Shown here: positions 23,753-34,810 of the stretch, in pieces
How the letters are laid out: the number at the start of each line of letters is the position of its first letter
Position numbering within the stretch: position 1 is the stretch's first letter
Assembly (NCBI GenBank): GCA_003427395.1
Contig: BFEA01000041.1
Span: forward strand, 2,381,396-2,445,395
Reading direction: 5' to 3'
Length of the DNA: 64,000 bases
Source: Chara braunii
Lineage: Eukaryota > Plantae > Charophyceae
The notes under the pieces: generated by a model
Told to the model about the DNA's origin: nothing
The model's database searches: none
The model's input: the letters and a program-made list of their open reading frames with translations, nothing else
Translations under genes and position numbers: made by a program

Positions 23753-26700
23753 ATAGCCTTCACCAACCAAATGTCCGACTTCATCCCCAAACACTACGCC
23801 CCTGGGGCCAGAACAGGCATGAGATTTGTTGGGGCCAGCGGTGAGCAGATGGCTAAGAATGACCTCTACCTGCTTTTCGAATCCAACAAATCCGCCAACC
23901 TGGGCTGGTACAGCCACAACGCCCTCTTGGATCTACAGTGCGCTAAGATAAAAACCAGTGAGTACTGGCCCGAGGACGATATATGCAAATGCCTATGTCA
24001 CATTGTACGGAAGAGAATCCTACTTTCGAACAGATGGGACGTTAGGCAATGACATCCGCTATGAAACCAAAGGTCCACTGTGAAGTCGGGAAGCGAACCT
24101 TAAGGTAATGGAGGATCTAGACACACTATACTGCAGAAACCCGGCATGGAAACAAATGTGTGGAGGTGGCCGACCTCGACCTACGCTCCATCAACGTCAA
24201 TGGCCTAGCATCAAGCAAACCAGAGAAACACCAAGCCATCTAGGACCAACTCAGGGGGATAGGAGGGAGACGGTGGCCGGACATAAGCTGTATACAGGAA
24301 ACTCACCTACAAAACACCCCAGAGCATAATAGGGTCCATAAGCTGAACTGGCCCCATACTGCCATCAAAGCCCACACGCCCAAACCAGGCTCGGCCGGAT
24401 TTGCAATCTGGATACCCCCGGATTCTAGATTTCAACCGATCCACTGGGCGGTGGATGAAGTGGGAGGGCGATGGGTGTCGGTGCTGGGAATGCTAGAACT
24501 AGAATTGCTCTGTGTCCTCTGCATCTACTCGCCAAACTCGGTAAGTGACAGACGATAATTTTTGGGAACAATGGGAACGCAAGTCCCGGAAGGTATACCC
24601 TTAATAATCGTCGGGGACTTTAATGCAACACCCGATAAAAGTTTTGATAGATGGAATCCCCAAGAATCCCCCTCTGGCGCGGTCGTAGAAGATGAGCAGA
24701 TGTTAGCAAAGCTTTCCGAGGCTCTTTCGGTCTTTGATAGGTTTCGACGCCTGCACCCTCAATCCAGAGCATTCACATGCATCCGGGACAGCGACCCGGC
24801 ACACCTTTCTAAATCCAGAATAGATCTCATCCTGCTGTCTCATGATCTAGAGGGTGCGTTGTGATAATACTCCCTCGTAGCCCGCACCCAGGGCATGATC
24901 ACAAGACTTGTGGCATAGTACTCACAATGAGAAAAATGCCCGATCAAGGGTCTGGGTTCTACAAAGTGAACACCTCCTTACTTAAAGACTCAGCATTGCC
25001 ACAAATGATCCGGCAAGAATGGGACTTCTGGCGCCAACAACAATATCTTTTCGGATCTTACCTCGAATGGTTTAACAACGGTCTGATCTTCCTAGCCCGG
25101 AAATGCAAGGATTTCTCCAAAGCTAAAGCAGCACTACGACAACATCATGAAATGACCGCCCACAAGGAACTCCTACGCCTGGAAAATCAGGCAGACTTGC
25201 ATCATCTTAATTCCGATCAGGAAAAACAGCATCTTATCACCTCCATACAAAATATCAAAGACCGTCTCCTACAATATGCCCAATATAAATGGCAAGGAAT
25301 CAGAATCAGAGGGAAAATGGCTAAACTTTCCTATGAAGCCTCAATGGACCCCCATTTTTTCTCCATGGCCACCGCGCGGACACGGCGGACCATCATCGAA
25401 GCCTTTTTTGACCCAGACGATAACAATACCGTTGCCATGGATACGGCGCATTGCACATTAATCACCAGGAATTTTTTCAAACAACTATACACTTCCCAAG
25501 TCCCACAAGTGACAGAGAAGACCCGTCAGATTCAGGATTTCCTCCTCCCGATGGACCGTCACATCTCTCCCCAACAGCGCGACAAACTCGAGTCTAAATT
25601 AACAAAAGAGGAAATATGGTCGGCACTTCTTCAAATGAAGGAAGATAAAACCTCGGGGATAGACGGCTTCCCCAAGGAATTTTGGGAAGCCATGTGGACA
25701 GACTTAAACATTGACCTATGAGAATATTACCAAAAGGTATGAGAGGTCGGGGAGATGGGGGAAACAGTCGGGAAATGAGTGTTATCTCTCCTCTACAAAA
25801 AGGGGGATCAAATGAATATCCGGAACTACAGGCCTATCACACTACTCACGGTTGTTTATAACGTGTTTGCCAAAGCATTGACAAACCGTATGGCGATTGT
25901 CCTAGAAGAGGTCATTCACCCAACCCAAACAGGCTTCATGTCCGGAAGGAACATACAGGAGAATATCCTGCTAGTCAATGATGTGGTCCAATTAGCACGA
26001 CGAAAACTGGCCAATGCGGCAATAATTTTTATAGACTTCGAAAAAGCCTACGACCACGTGGACTGGGAGTTTTTACATATGTGCTTAGAAAGAATGAATT
26101 TTGGACCCTCCTTCCGGCGCTGGGTTAAGATCCTTCATAAAAACGCCACCACTTGTGTCCAAATCAACGGCTCTGTGGCACCCCCCTTTGAACTCCAACA
26201 GTCAGTAAGACAAGGGGACCCAATCGCCCCCTACCTTTTCCTCGTAATCATGGAAGCGCTATCAGCTAACCTGCGCCAGAACAAAGACCTCACACGTATT
26301 GCGATATCAAACATCCCCGAGGAGGCGATACCTATTTGTTCTCTATTTGCTAACGACCTGACCATATTAGTGGATGCAACCGAGGCCAATATGAAGGAAA
26401 TTCAGCAACTCATGAACAAATTCTGTTGCCTGTCAGACTTGTCCGTTAACTGGGGACAAAAGACCACGGGCTGGTGGCCGCATCACCAAGGGGGCAGACC
26501 TCCGGAACACCCACGTATCACGTGGCTCCCTTCGGAAGACCCCTTGAGAATCCTAGGGGCACTAATCACCGCCAGAGGTAGACCAGCATCCAATGATGAA
26601 TGGCTGACAGGACCAACACAAATTAAGCTGAAAAAATGGAACAATAAACGAACATCAATCTTTGGGCGGGCGCTCGTCATTAATAATGTGGTCCTGGCCA

Positions 26701-29189
26701 CTCTATGGTACAAAACCGTCCTATGGCCCATGAGTAATGGAGGGCTTAAAGTACTGAAACAACAACTTGCGGCCTTCTTGTGGAGGGGCGACGACAATAA
26801 TACCCACGCCATAAGCCGTGTAGCATGGGACTCAGTGATTCAACCCAAGAACAGGGGCGGATTGGGTATTATAGACCCAGCCACGCAATTCCAGGCCCTC
26901 TCTATTCGCTGGCTTCAACACATCGTCTTTTCACCGACGTCGTCATGGGTCCCCCTTGCCCTGACACAGATTTCGGACCTCGCTCCAGAGTCTCCACCGG
27001 AAATTGACCCCCGCATATGGTTGGAAGACAGGTACTGGAGGATACCCAAGAAGTACAGGAATGGCGACCCAACAGACAAATACTGGGTACGCCTCATTCG
27101 TACATGGAGGAAGCTTCCGCCCCCCGACCGACCCGCGCCTGGGAGGTGGGAAGAAATATTTAGGCAGCCCTTATTCGGCAAACGATTAATAACGGACCCG
27201 GGAGGGCGGATACGATGTGCTTCATATTCCCCATGGAAAGGGTGGGTGAAACACGGGATCCGAAGGGTGGGGGATCTCTGGGACACAGAGGAAAGAAACT
27301 GGAAAAGTACGGACAGGATAAGAGCACCCTTGCGGTATTGCCACTTCACTGAGAGAGCACTCAATGAGCTGATTGACAGCTTCCCTCTCCACTGGTACAT
27401 CACCCTCAGGAAAGACCCCGGTGCAAGAGAAGATGACTGGGTGGGGCTACCCGGCCACGAGGGGGAAGTAGGGTACGTGCACCTGGTTAATCAATCACAG
27501 GTACTAGTTGAAGTCTTCTCCATTCTAAAGGACGATGGACTGAGGGGCAACCACCAACCCTTCATTTGCAAGGAGCAGAATGAGGTGTTTCGCATTAGGG
27601 TCATTACTAATGGAAGCCACCAGCAAGTGTACCGCCCAATGGTCCCAATCGAAGACCTTCCCCTGGACCCTGAGGAGTGGCGGTGGACCATGAACATTCC
27701 ACCCAGGAAGGGGGNGGCAAAAACACTGACATTACGGAACTTAAAATCCAAGTCGGCGTACTGAATGCTCAGACCCAAATGCAGACTTCGGGATCGTATA
27801 GAAGATAGATGGTACTGCCACCTCAATGTGGATCGCCATCTACTGAAGCCCATACGCTGGTTTGCCCAGCACAACAAACGACCCGCCAAGATCTTCGCCC
27901 TCCAGTGGCAAATAGAACATAGGTGTCTACCAACAAAGGACGGGTTGATAGACCACACCCACCTGGAGCAACTAGGGAAGGCACTGCCATGGTGTCACTG
28001 ATGTCTCCAAAGTTACCGGGGGGGAGACGGGCCGAAACCATTGAACACATTTTCCTCCAATGTCCCACGTCGGTACTACTGTGGAGAAGTTGGGATAAAA
28101 TCTGGCGACACGTAGTTCCCGGCGCAGTATGGCCATGGGAGTGGAGGGCCATACTTTTGGGACATTTCCCTCCAATACGGGGGAAGATATTTGAGGAGAA
28201 CATGTTCAATCTGGGCAGACGGAGTGTGCTATGGACTATATGGTGGAGAAGGTGTTGTTTGGAGCTAGAGGGAGCATGGGTGGAAGACGGAGAGGCGATG
28301 GATCAAATTCGGACATTGATTCAATTTGAGCTGGCGGCACAATGGAAGAAAACTAAAGACAAGCTCGACCAAACGTCCTCCTGGGGTGACATGAACCGGA
28401 TCATTGCTACCTTCTGCAGGGACTGGCTGGGGGGGGAAAGGGAGGGATGGGTGGCAGCAGTAAAGTGGACCGGTCGAGAGAAGCACGAGGGGAACCTCGA
28501 GGGGAACCCCGGACAGAAATAATAAGGGATTATCAGTTGATCTTTCACGACTGGACCAAGATAGACCCCGGCTCCCCGTTACGTCCCGCCCAGGACTTCG
28601 CAGAGCCATTCCCACCCCATCCCCTGTCCCTAGCAGAAACCCTGTCACCTGCATAAGCTTGGACTGAAAAGCGTCCAGAAAGTCAGAGCAGGAGGGAGGT
28701 CAGCGCAGCTCAGAACAGCCTAGTCCAACCGGGTGTCTCAGCCTGTTTTCTGTTGCTCCTTGTTGCACGGCAGCAGATCTCCGCGCAGCTTAGAGAAGCC
28801 TGGTTCAGCTCAGTTCAACCTGGTTTTTCAGCCCGTTTTTCTGTTGCTCTTCGCTCGTTCATTGCTCTCCTTCCTTTTTTTGCAGTTGCTTCAGTTGTTC
28901 CAAGTTTGTTTCAGTGGTTTCCAAACACTTGCACACTTTGACTATTATAGATGTGTGGGGCAGGTAGGTAGGGAAGAGCAGATTGAATATGGGACGCTGG
29001 ACCCAGTTTCCAGCACATTGACGCCACTGCATTGAGGTGCTGTTTTGCAAAGATGTACTTAAGGGACGCTGGACCCGGTTTCCAGCAGGTGCCGCTCCCC
29101 ACCAATAGATGGAGCGGCCCGCTAGGCAAAGCCTCGATCCCGGTGGTTCTCCTACCACCACCAGGATAGAGGTCTTGAAAAAAAAAAAA
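23753..29189 (+). mobile_element. LINE C: 5'-truncated L1/Tx1-like element (probable ORF1 tail, disrupted ORF2 ~24150-28656, 3' UTR, poly(A))
   Basis: SINVNGL, CIQETH, IYSP, GDFNA, SRID and DH (APE); NYRPITLL, IDFEKAYD, SVRQGDP and FAND (RT, degenerate); EHIFLQC. Tail module at 28991-29177 and poly(A) at 29178-29189. Confidence 0.92.
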
Positions 29190-29631
29190 GTCTGTTCAGT
29201 CTGTCTTTTTGTTGAATCCAGTTTTTTTCAAACACATTGTATTGCAGGCGCCAGGAGGACAGTAGGTGGATGGCAGAGGCTAGGGGATGGAGGGAGATTC
29301 CACTGGTGCCCCCCGGTGCCCCCCCCCCAGTACCCGAACCTGCTGCAGGATTAGGTACAGAAGAGCAGAGGAGCAGATTGGATATGGGACGCTGGACCCG
29401 GTTTCCAGCATAATGGTGTCACTCCCATTGATGTACTGTTTGGCAAAGATGTATCTAAGGGACGCTGGACATGGTTTCCAGCAGGTGTTGCTCCCCACCA
29501 ATAGATGGAGCGGCCCGCTAGGCAAAGCCTCCATCCCGGTGGTTCTCTTACCACCACCAGGATAGAGGTCTTGCACCAGGGCCTTCTGTTAAAAAAAAAA
29601 NNNNTTAAAAAAAAAAAAAAAAAAAAAAAAA
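29190..29631 (+). mobile_element. Second, 3'-UTR-only copy of the LINE C family with poly(A)
   Basis: 29370-29573 parallels 28975-29177; poly(A) at 29590-29631. Confidence 0.85.
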
Positions 29632-30009
29632 GGGATGGGGTCTCATAAGGGACACCCACGGCTCACAGTTCCAGGCGATCACTGTGCACTCACTGACTGA
29701 CCTCTACAACACCCTGCGCGAGGCTTTATTCTCGTGGCACTGCACGTTGTCTCCTGCACGAGAATAAAGCCTCACACAGGGTGTTGTAGAGGTCAGTCAG
29801 TGAGTGCACAGTGATCGCCTGGAACTGTGAGCCGTGGGTGTCCCTTATGAGACCCCATCCCAACCCATCCTCACGTCAATACTCCTAGCGCACCCCCTAA
29901 CCCACTATCCTACCTCAGTGTGACCAGCACTCAGGACCATTGCCCTCAAGTTTGCTAGGAGTGATGGTAAAAGCATTCACCCCTAATGTGCTATTCCTCT
30001 ACTTGAAAT

Positions 30010-30415
30010 TTTTATTATTATTTTTGGCTTTATTCTTGTAAGCCCAACCACTTTTTTTATTATCTTTATAATGGAACCCCACAGCAGCCACATCCATGCT
30101 CAAGCCTCCAACGAGGGAACATGCGGGAGCTGCACCCACCAGCAGGTGTGATACCCTGCTACAGCAGGTGGGTGATACCGGCCAGGAGCATCCAGACCGA
30201 GCTTCTTCGATGGGCCAGTCAGTCGCTGTGCCTCCCCTCCGGTCCCCTCCCCCTATGAACATCTGCAGTCTCTGCTCAATGCCACTCGGGGGGACCAATG
30301 GCCTATCTCTTGATGCCGGGCTCCAAGCTTGCCCAGGAAGGTACATGAGGCCAATGGGGATTGAACCCAAGACCTCCTGAATGCCACTTGCGTGCCTTAC
30401 CCACCGAGATAGGCC
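30010..30415 (-). mobile_element. tRNA-derived SINE
   Basis: Minus strand reads GGCCTATCTCGGTGGGTAAGG (A-box-like) ... GGGTTCAATCCC (B box, 30357-30368). The body is homologous to 23475-23606 and 57260-57470; the 3' limit is approximate. Confidence 0.7.
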
Positions 30416-30439
30416 GCTGGATACTCGAATGTTCTCCTT

Positions 30440-30720
30440 TTTTATCTTTTTTTTTTTTTTTGTTTTGTTTTTTTGTTTTTGTTTTTGTTTTGAAGGCCCT
30501 TATACAAGACCTCCATCCCCGTGGTGGTAAGAGAACCACCGGGATTGAGGCTTTGCCTAGCGGACCGGTCCATCTATTAGTGGGGAGCATCACTTGCTGG
30601 AAACCGGGTCCAGCGTCCCTTAAATTTATCTTTACAGAATTATGGATCATTTTCCATGACGCCATTTTGCTGGAAAACGGGTCCAGCGTCCCTCCTTTTT
30701 TATCTCATCCGTTGTTCATA
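30440..30720 (-). mobile_element. Tail-only LINE insertion (C-type tail) with poly(A)
   Basis: Hairpin at 30669-30692, full module at 30567-30619, C-type extension, T-rich run at 30440-30490. Confidence 0.85.
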
Positions 30721-30942
30721 AACTGCAATCATTATGATATATCCAGCAGTAGGCATAGTAAGCTCTTTCTTGCTGAATCATCTGCTTTCAATTTGATGAT
30801 TTTACCTTATAATACTGTTTCTCTTCTCCTCATCTGCCACTTGTCGACAAGAACAGAAGTCCTAGAATCTTTTAAACTTGAAGTTCATAGTACCCTCTGG
30901 CCATAGATGGCGATCATTGATCTATGACTACGAGAATCATCA

Positions 30943-30977
<35 letters not shown>

Positions 30978-31489
30978 NNNNNNNNNNNNNNNNNNNNNNN
31001 NNNNNNNNNNNNNNNNNNNNNNNNNNNNNNNNNNNNNNNNNNNNNNNNNNNNNNNNNNNNNNNNNNNNNNNNNNNNNNNNNNNNNNNNNNNNNNNNNNNN
31101 NNNNNNNNNNNNNNNNNNNNNNNNNNNNNNNNNNNNNNNNNNNNNNNNNNNNNNNNNNNNNNNNNNNNNNNNNNNNNNNNNNNNNNNNNNNNNNNNNNNN
31201 NNNNNNNNNNNNNNNNNNNNNNNNNNNNNNNNNNNNNNNNNNNNNNNNNNNNNNNNNNNNNNNNNNNNNNNNNNNAAAAAAAAAAAAAAAAAAAAGGAAA
31301 AACAAGCGAAAGAAAAAACGGAAAAAGATAAAAGGGGCCACGTGCCTGACTGAACTGCTAAAAAAGGTCAGCCCGAGTTTCAACTGAATTTGAAACTCGG
31401 GCCCTGACTAAACGTCTAAAACGCAGTTTGAAATGCAATTACAAAACTGTAACCCTGACTGCGCCGTAGTTTTCTCTTCTTTTTTTTTT

Positions 31490-31612
31490 CCCTGATGACC
31501 AATTACTTTGAGAACTTCCCATGGTCCAAAGCGGACAGGTAGCAGTTTCTGTGTGATTTCTTCTTCCAAAGAGAATTCATTAGACTTCACCCAAATCATG
31601 GACCAAGTCCCA
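31490..31612 (-). pseudogene. Ty3/Gypsy integrase C-terminal (GPY/F) fragment
   Basis: IWVKSNEFSLEEEITQKLLPVRFGPWEVLKVIG fits the VW......KL.P...GP(F/W).V...IG pattern; short. Confidence 0.6.
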
Positions 31613-31615
31613 CTA

Positions 31616-33630
31616 TTTTTTTTTTTTTCTTTTTTGAAAAACATCTCTTCCTGTGCTAGTGCCGCTGATAAGAGCAGACAGCACTAGCACCGGTGGAGAG
31701 GCTCCATCTATTGGTGGGGAGCGCCACGGCTCCATCTATTGGTGGGGAGCGCCACCTGCTGGAAACCGGGTCCAGCGTCCCATTACATGAAGAGAATAGA
31801 TTTGAAAAAATTCTGGAACCAATGACCGTGTGCGGATGTGGGACCTGCCAGCATTGATTGCCCTGCAAAAAACAGGGGATTGACTGAGCAGGGCCATAGG
31901 TGCTTGTGAGGCCTGAAAACCAAAAGGGCCGCCTTGACTGGGGCTGCCCTGATGTAGACCTTGGGATGCTGCTGTTATCTTTGTATCTCTTCACCCTCCA
32001 AGGGAGGGCGCCAGATAGGAAATTCGGGACTGATACTGTGAACCAGCTGCTGTCTGGCCTATTTGTAGGGATTATCCCTTCTTGCTTGGATCTGCAACCG
32101 TCATCTGAGCTTGTAGTGACCTTGTCCTGGTCGAACCCTCCAGCACCCATGGTTGGGTTTGCCGACTGTCGCCGCCAACTTGCTGACTGTCCCTGTTGTC
32201 TGCTTCCGAGGACGCTCAGAGGATGATAGCAGGTGTGATGAGCAAGCGGGATCCTCCCCAGGGGGCTCCAGGGAGGGGTTCCTCGCGTGGCCAGGGACGA
32301 GTGGGTGGGGAAACATGGGGGAGGCGCATGTCAGGTGGGCGGGGGAAGGACAGGGTATCGTTTGTCACTCAGGCCAGGATCTCTGCCAGTGACAGGGCGT
32401 GGGGGGGGAAGGAGTCCGGGAAGTCCGTGGGGGGGCGTAATGGGAACGAGGCCTCAATGTTAGTCCAGTCCTTGAAAACCAGCCTGTAGTCCCTCATTTC
32501 TTCTAAGTTCTTTGACCCATCCTCTTGATCCCCGCCCCATACTACTTTTGCAATCCATCCTTCCCTTTCCCCCCCTACCCAGTCCTTGCAAAACTCCGTT
32601 ATTCTTCTCCCGACATCTCTTGTTTGTTTAAAAAGATCTAGTTGTTCTTTTGCATCTAACCACCTGCGTGTGAGGTCTAGGCGTATTTGCTGCTGGATTT
32701 GTTCTGTAATCTCCGCACCTTCTACCCGTACTTTTTCCATGGTTAGAGTGCATCTTTGCCACCAAAGTGCCCACATCACTGCCCTCCTTCCTATTCTATA
32801 CATGTTTTCGGTGAAGGATGTGGCAGTCTCTGTCTGGGGCCAGTGTCCGGCTAGGATGGCTTGCCATGACCAAGGCCAGGGTATATCTGGTTCCATCTTC
32901 CGCCAGACACGGTCCCACCATCTCCATATGAACTGGGCGATCGGACACTGCATGAAGATGTGTTCAATGGTTTCTGCCTTCTTGTGGAAGGGGAAGAGGC
33001 TCTGGCATCGTTGGCACCATGGGAGCAGCAGGCCTCATTGTTCAAGGTTTGTTCGGTCAATCAACCAATCATTAGTCGGCAGGCAACGATGAGCTATCTG
33101 CCATTACAGTGAGGTAATTTTCATTGGCTTGTGCTTTTGTTCCTTGAACCATTGAATCGGTGTCGGGAGAGAGCGGTCAAGATTCAAATGTTTGACCCAT
33201 CTATCATTAATAATATCCCTCACGTGGCGTTTGGGTCGAAGCATTTTATAGGCTAATTTGACCGTTAGGAGGTACATGCTAATGTGGCTCCCTCCGGGGG
33301 TGCCCCTCCGTCAGGGGGGTTGCCATGCCCATTCTGCCGGGTCCAAGGCTAAGTCCTGGATGGGTTTATCTGGCTGGAAAGCCACCCTCTGTCCCTTTTC
33401 TTCCAGGACTCTCACTCTGTTGGCCGTTGTTTTGCTCTCACATACAAACGGTGCCTCCATTGATTGGAGGGTATGTTCTTTTGTGATGGTGTGGTGTTTG
33501 ATCAGGATTATTTGGGGGGAAACCATATGGATCAATCCAATCAGGTGTGGGGTCCCTACAATCGTCACCCAATCCCTTCCCACTAGCATTGCTCCTGTTC
33601 CGGTAATGGAGACCTCCCTGTTGTGTGACA
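31616..33630 (-). mobile_element. LINE D: 5'-truncated copy (family related to C) with 3' UTR, tail module and poly(A)
   Basis: LALDPAEWAW, HRCLPT, EHIFMQCP and DYRLVFKDW...FPPHALSLAEILA* (stop at 32369). Module at 31700-31781 with a duplicated pseudoknot half; T-run at 31616-31635. Confidence 0.9.
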
Positions 33631-34374
33631 CTCCTTGCCACCGCCGATTTCCATGGATCGTAGGGCAAGGCCATTCTCTTCATTTTCACGTTCAACTTGG
33701 CTTATTGAGGCAGGCGGCGAACTCGGCGATTTCCCATTGGCTGCACATGTTCACCTTTTTTTGTCTATGGTGGTCTGCGAGTCCTCTTCTCTGGGGCGAT
33801 GCACATCACACTAGTAGTAGAGAGGGGGACCGCAAGTCCCGTTTCAGATACGGCGGTGATGAACCAAAAACAAAAAGGGACAGGGCAAAGAAAAGGAAGA
33901 AAAAGTTTGAGTAAATACCTTCCACGTGTCGAGGCTAGAGTTATGGTAGCAAAACCCTGCATCACTAGATGGCCACGGTCTATCCGAGAAAGGAAAGCCT
34001 TCACCACTGCGCCTCGCTGCACTGCTCTCCAAAGGTGGAATTCGACAATGAACTTTCCGCAAGGACATGGAAAGATGCACTTCCATATGTTTTGTCTTAT
34101 GTGAATGTAGAGCTCAGTGCAGCTGGGCCCATCAATTCATACCCCACACTTGGCGACTTCGGGGGCAGCTTCCTCTGCGTTTTTTTCTTTTTTTTGTTTT
34201 GTACTCCATGTGGAAGAACTGTGAGCGCGCTACACAGCTGGAAGTTTTTTTTGGCCCCACGGAGAAAATAAGGTCGCACAAGTCTGCCCGTTGTCGCAAT
34301 GTGCCACGTAGTTCTGAAGACAGTAACATGACCGCCGCTAGTGGGACTTGGCCCCAGGTCTCCTTCCTCAAACA

Positions 34375-34561
34375 ACCAGACTACCAGTACTTCCTGGCCA
34401 CATTCTTCCAAGGCGCCAAACGCCCTGTGTGGCGTGCGCCAAGCTTTGTCGAACCGCAAGCGTTATTTCCTCCTCCGCCCCCCCCCCCAAAGCCGAGTTA
34501 ACGTGGAACCTTAACGTCAAGGGCCCGCAGCCGGCGTAAGGACCAAGTACTGGCGGTTTAA
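34375..34561. mobile_element. Degenerate TTAA MITE
   Basis: CTACCAGTACTTCC ... CCAAGTACTGGCGGT-TTAA; interior GCCAAGCTTTGTCGAACCGC is shared with other copies. Confidence 0.6.
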
Positions 34562-34719
34562 ACTCTGAAGGTCGCACAACTTTGCAAGGAGTAAGCTCTA
34601 TTCTTTGATAGGGCGAGACTGAACTCGTCTTCCCTGGGCAATCAATGCTGGATTTCAGAACCTCACAAACCTTTTGCTCCAAGATCTCTCAAAAAAAAAA
34701 ATTCTAATTCCTTATATAA

Positions 34720-34810
34720 GGGACGTCAGACCTGGTTTCCAGCGGGTGCTGCTCCCCACCAATAGACGGAGCCTCTGTTTCGGGGAAAAAAAAACAGAAA
34801 ACAAAAAAAG
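34720..34810 (+). repeat. Tail-only module with A-rich end
   Basis: GGGACGTCAGACCTGGTTTCCAGCGGGTGCTGCTCCCCACCAATAGACGGAGC followed by an A-rich tract. Confidence 0.8.

Larger units (their letters stand above)
23626..29983. mobile_element. PIF/Harbinger (Tourist)-type fold-back element with ~230-bp arms, left arm split by LINE C
   Basis: TAA-GGGGTGAATG ... CATTCACCCC-TAA. Segments 23626-23752 and 29632-29736 together are the reverse complement of 29757-29983. Confidence 0.82.

Noticed and set aside
29063-29177. Known self-cleaving ribozyme (hammerhead, HDV-like, twister, pistol)
   Set aside because: I could not fit the catalytic cores by eye (no CUGANGA/GAAA pair and no HDV nested double pseudoknot). 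Only a generic pseudoknot is claimed.
30340-30415. Functional tRNA gene
   Set aside because: The cloverleaf is incomplete and it continues into a repeated body, so it is better explained as a SINE head.
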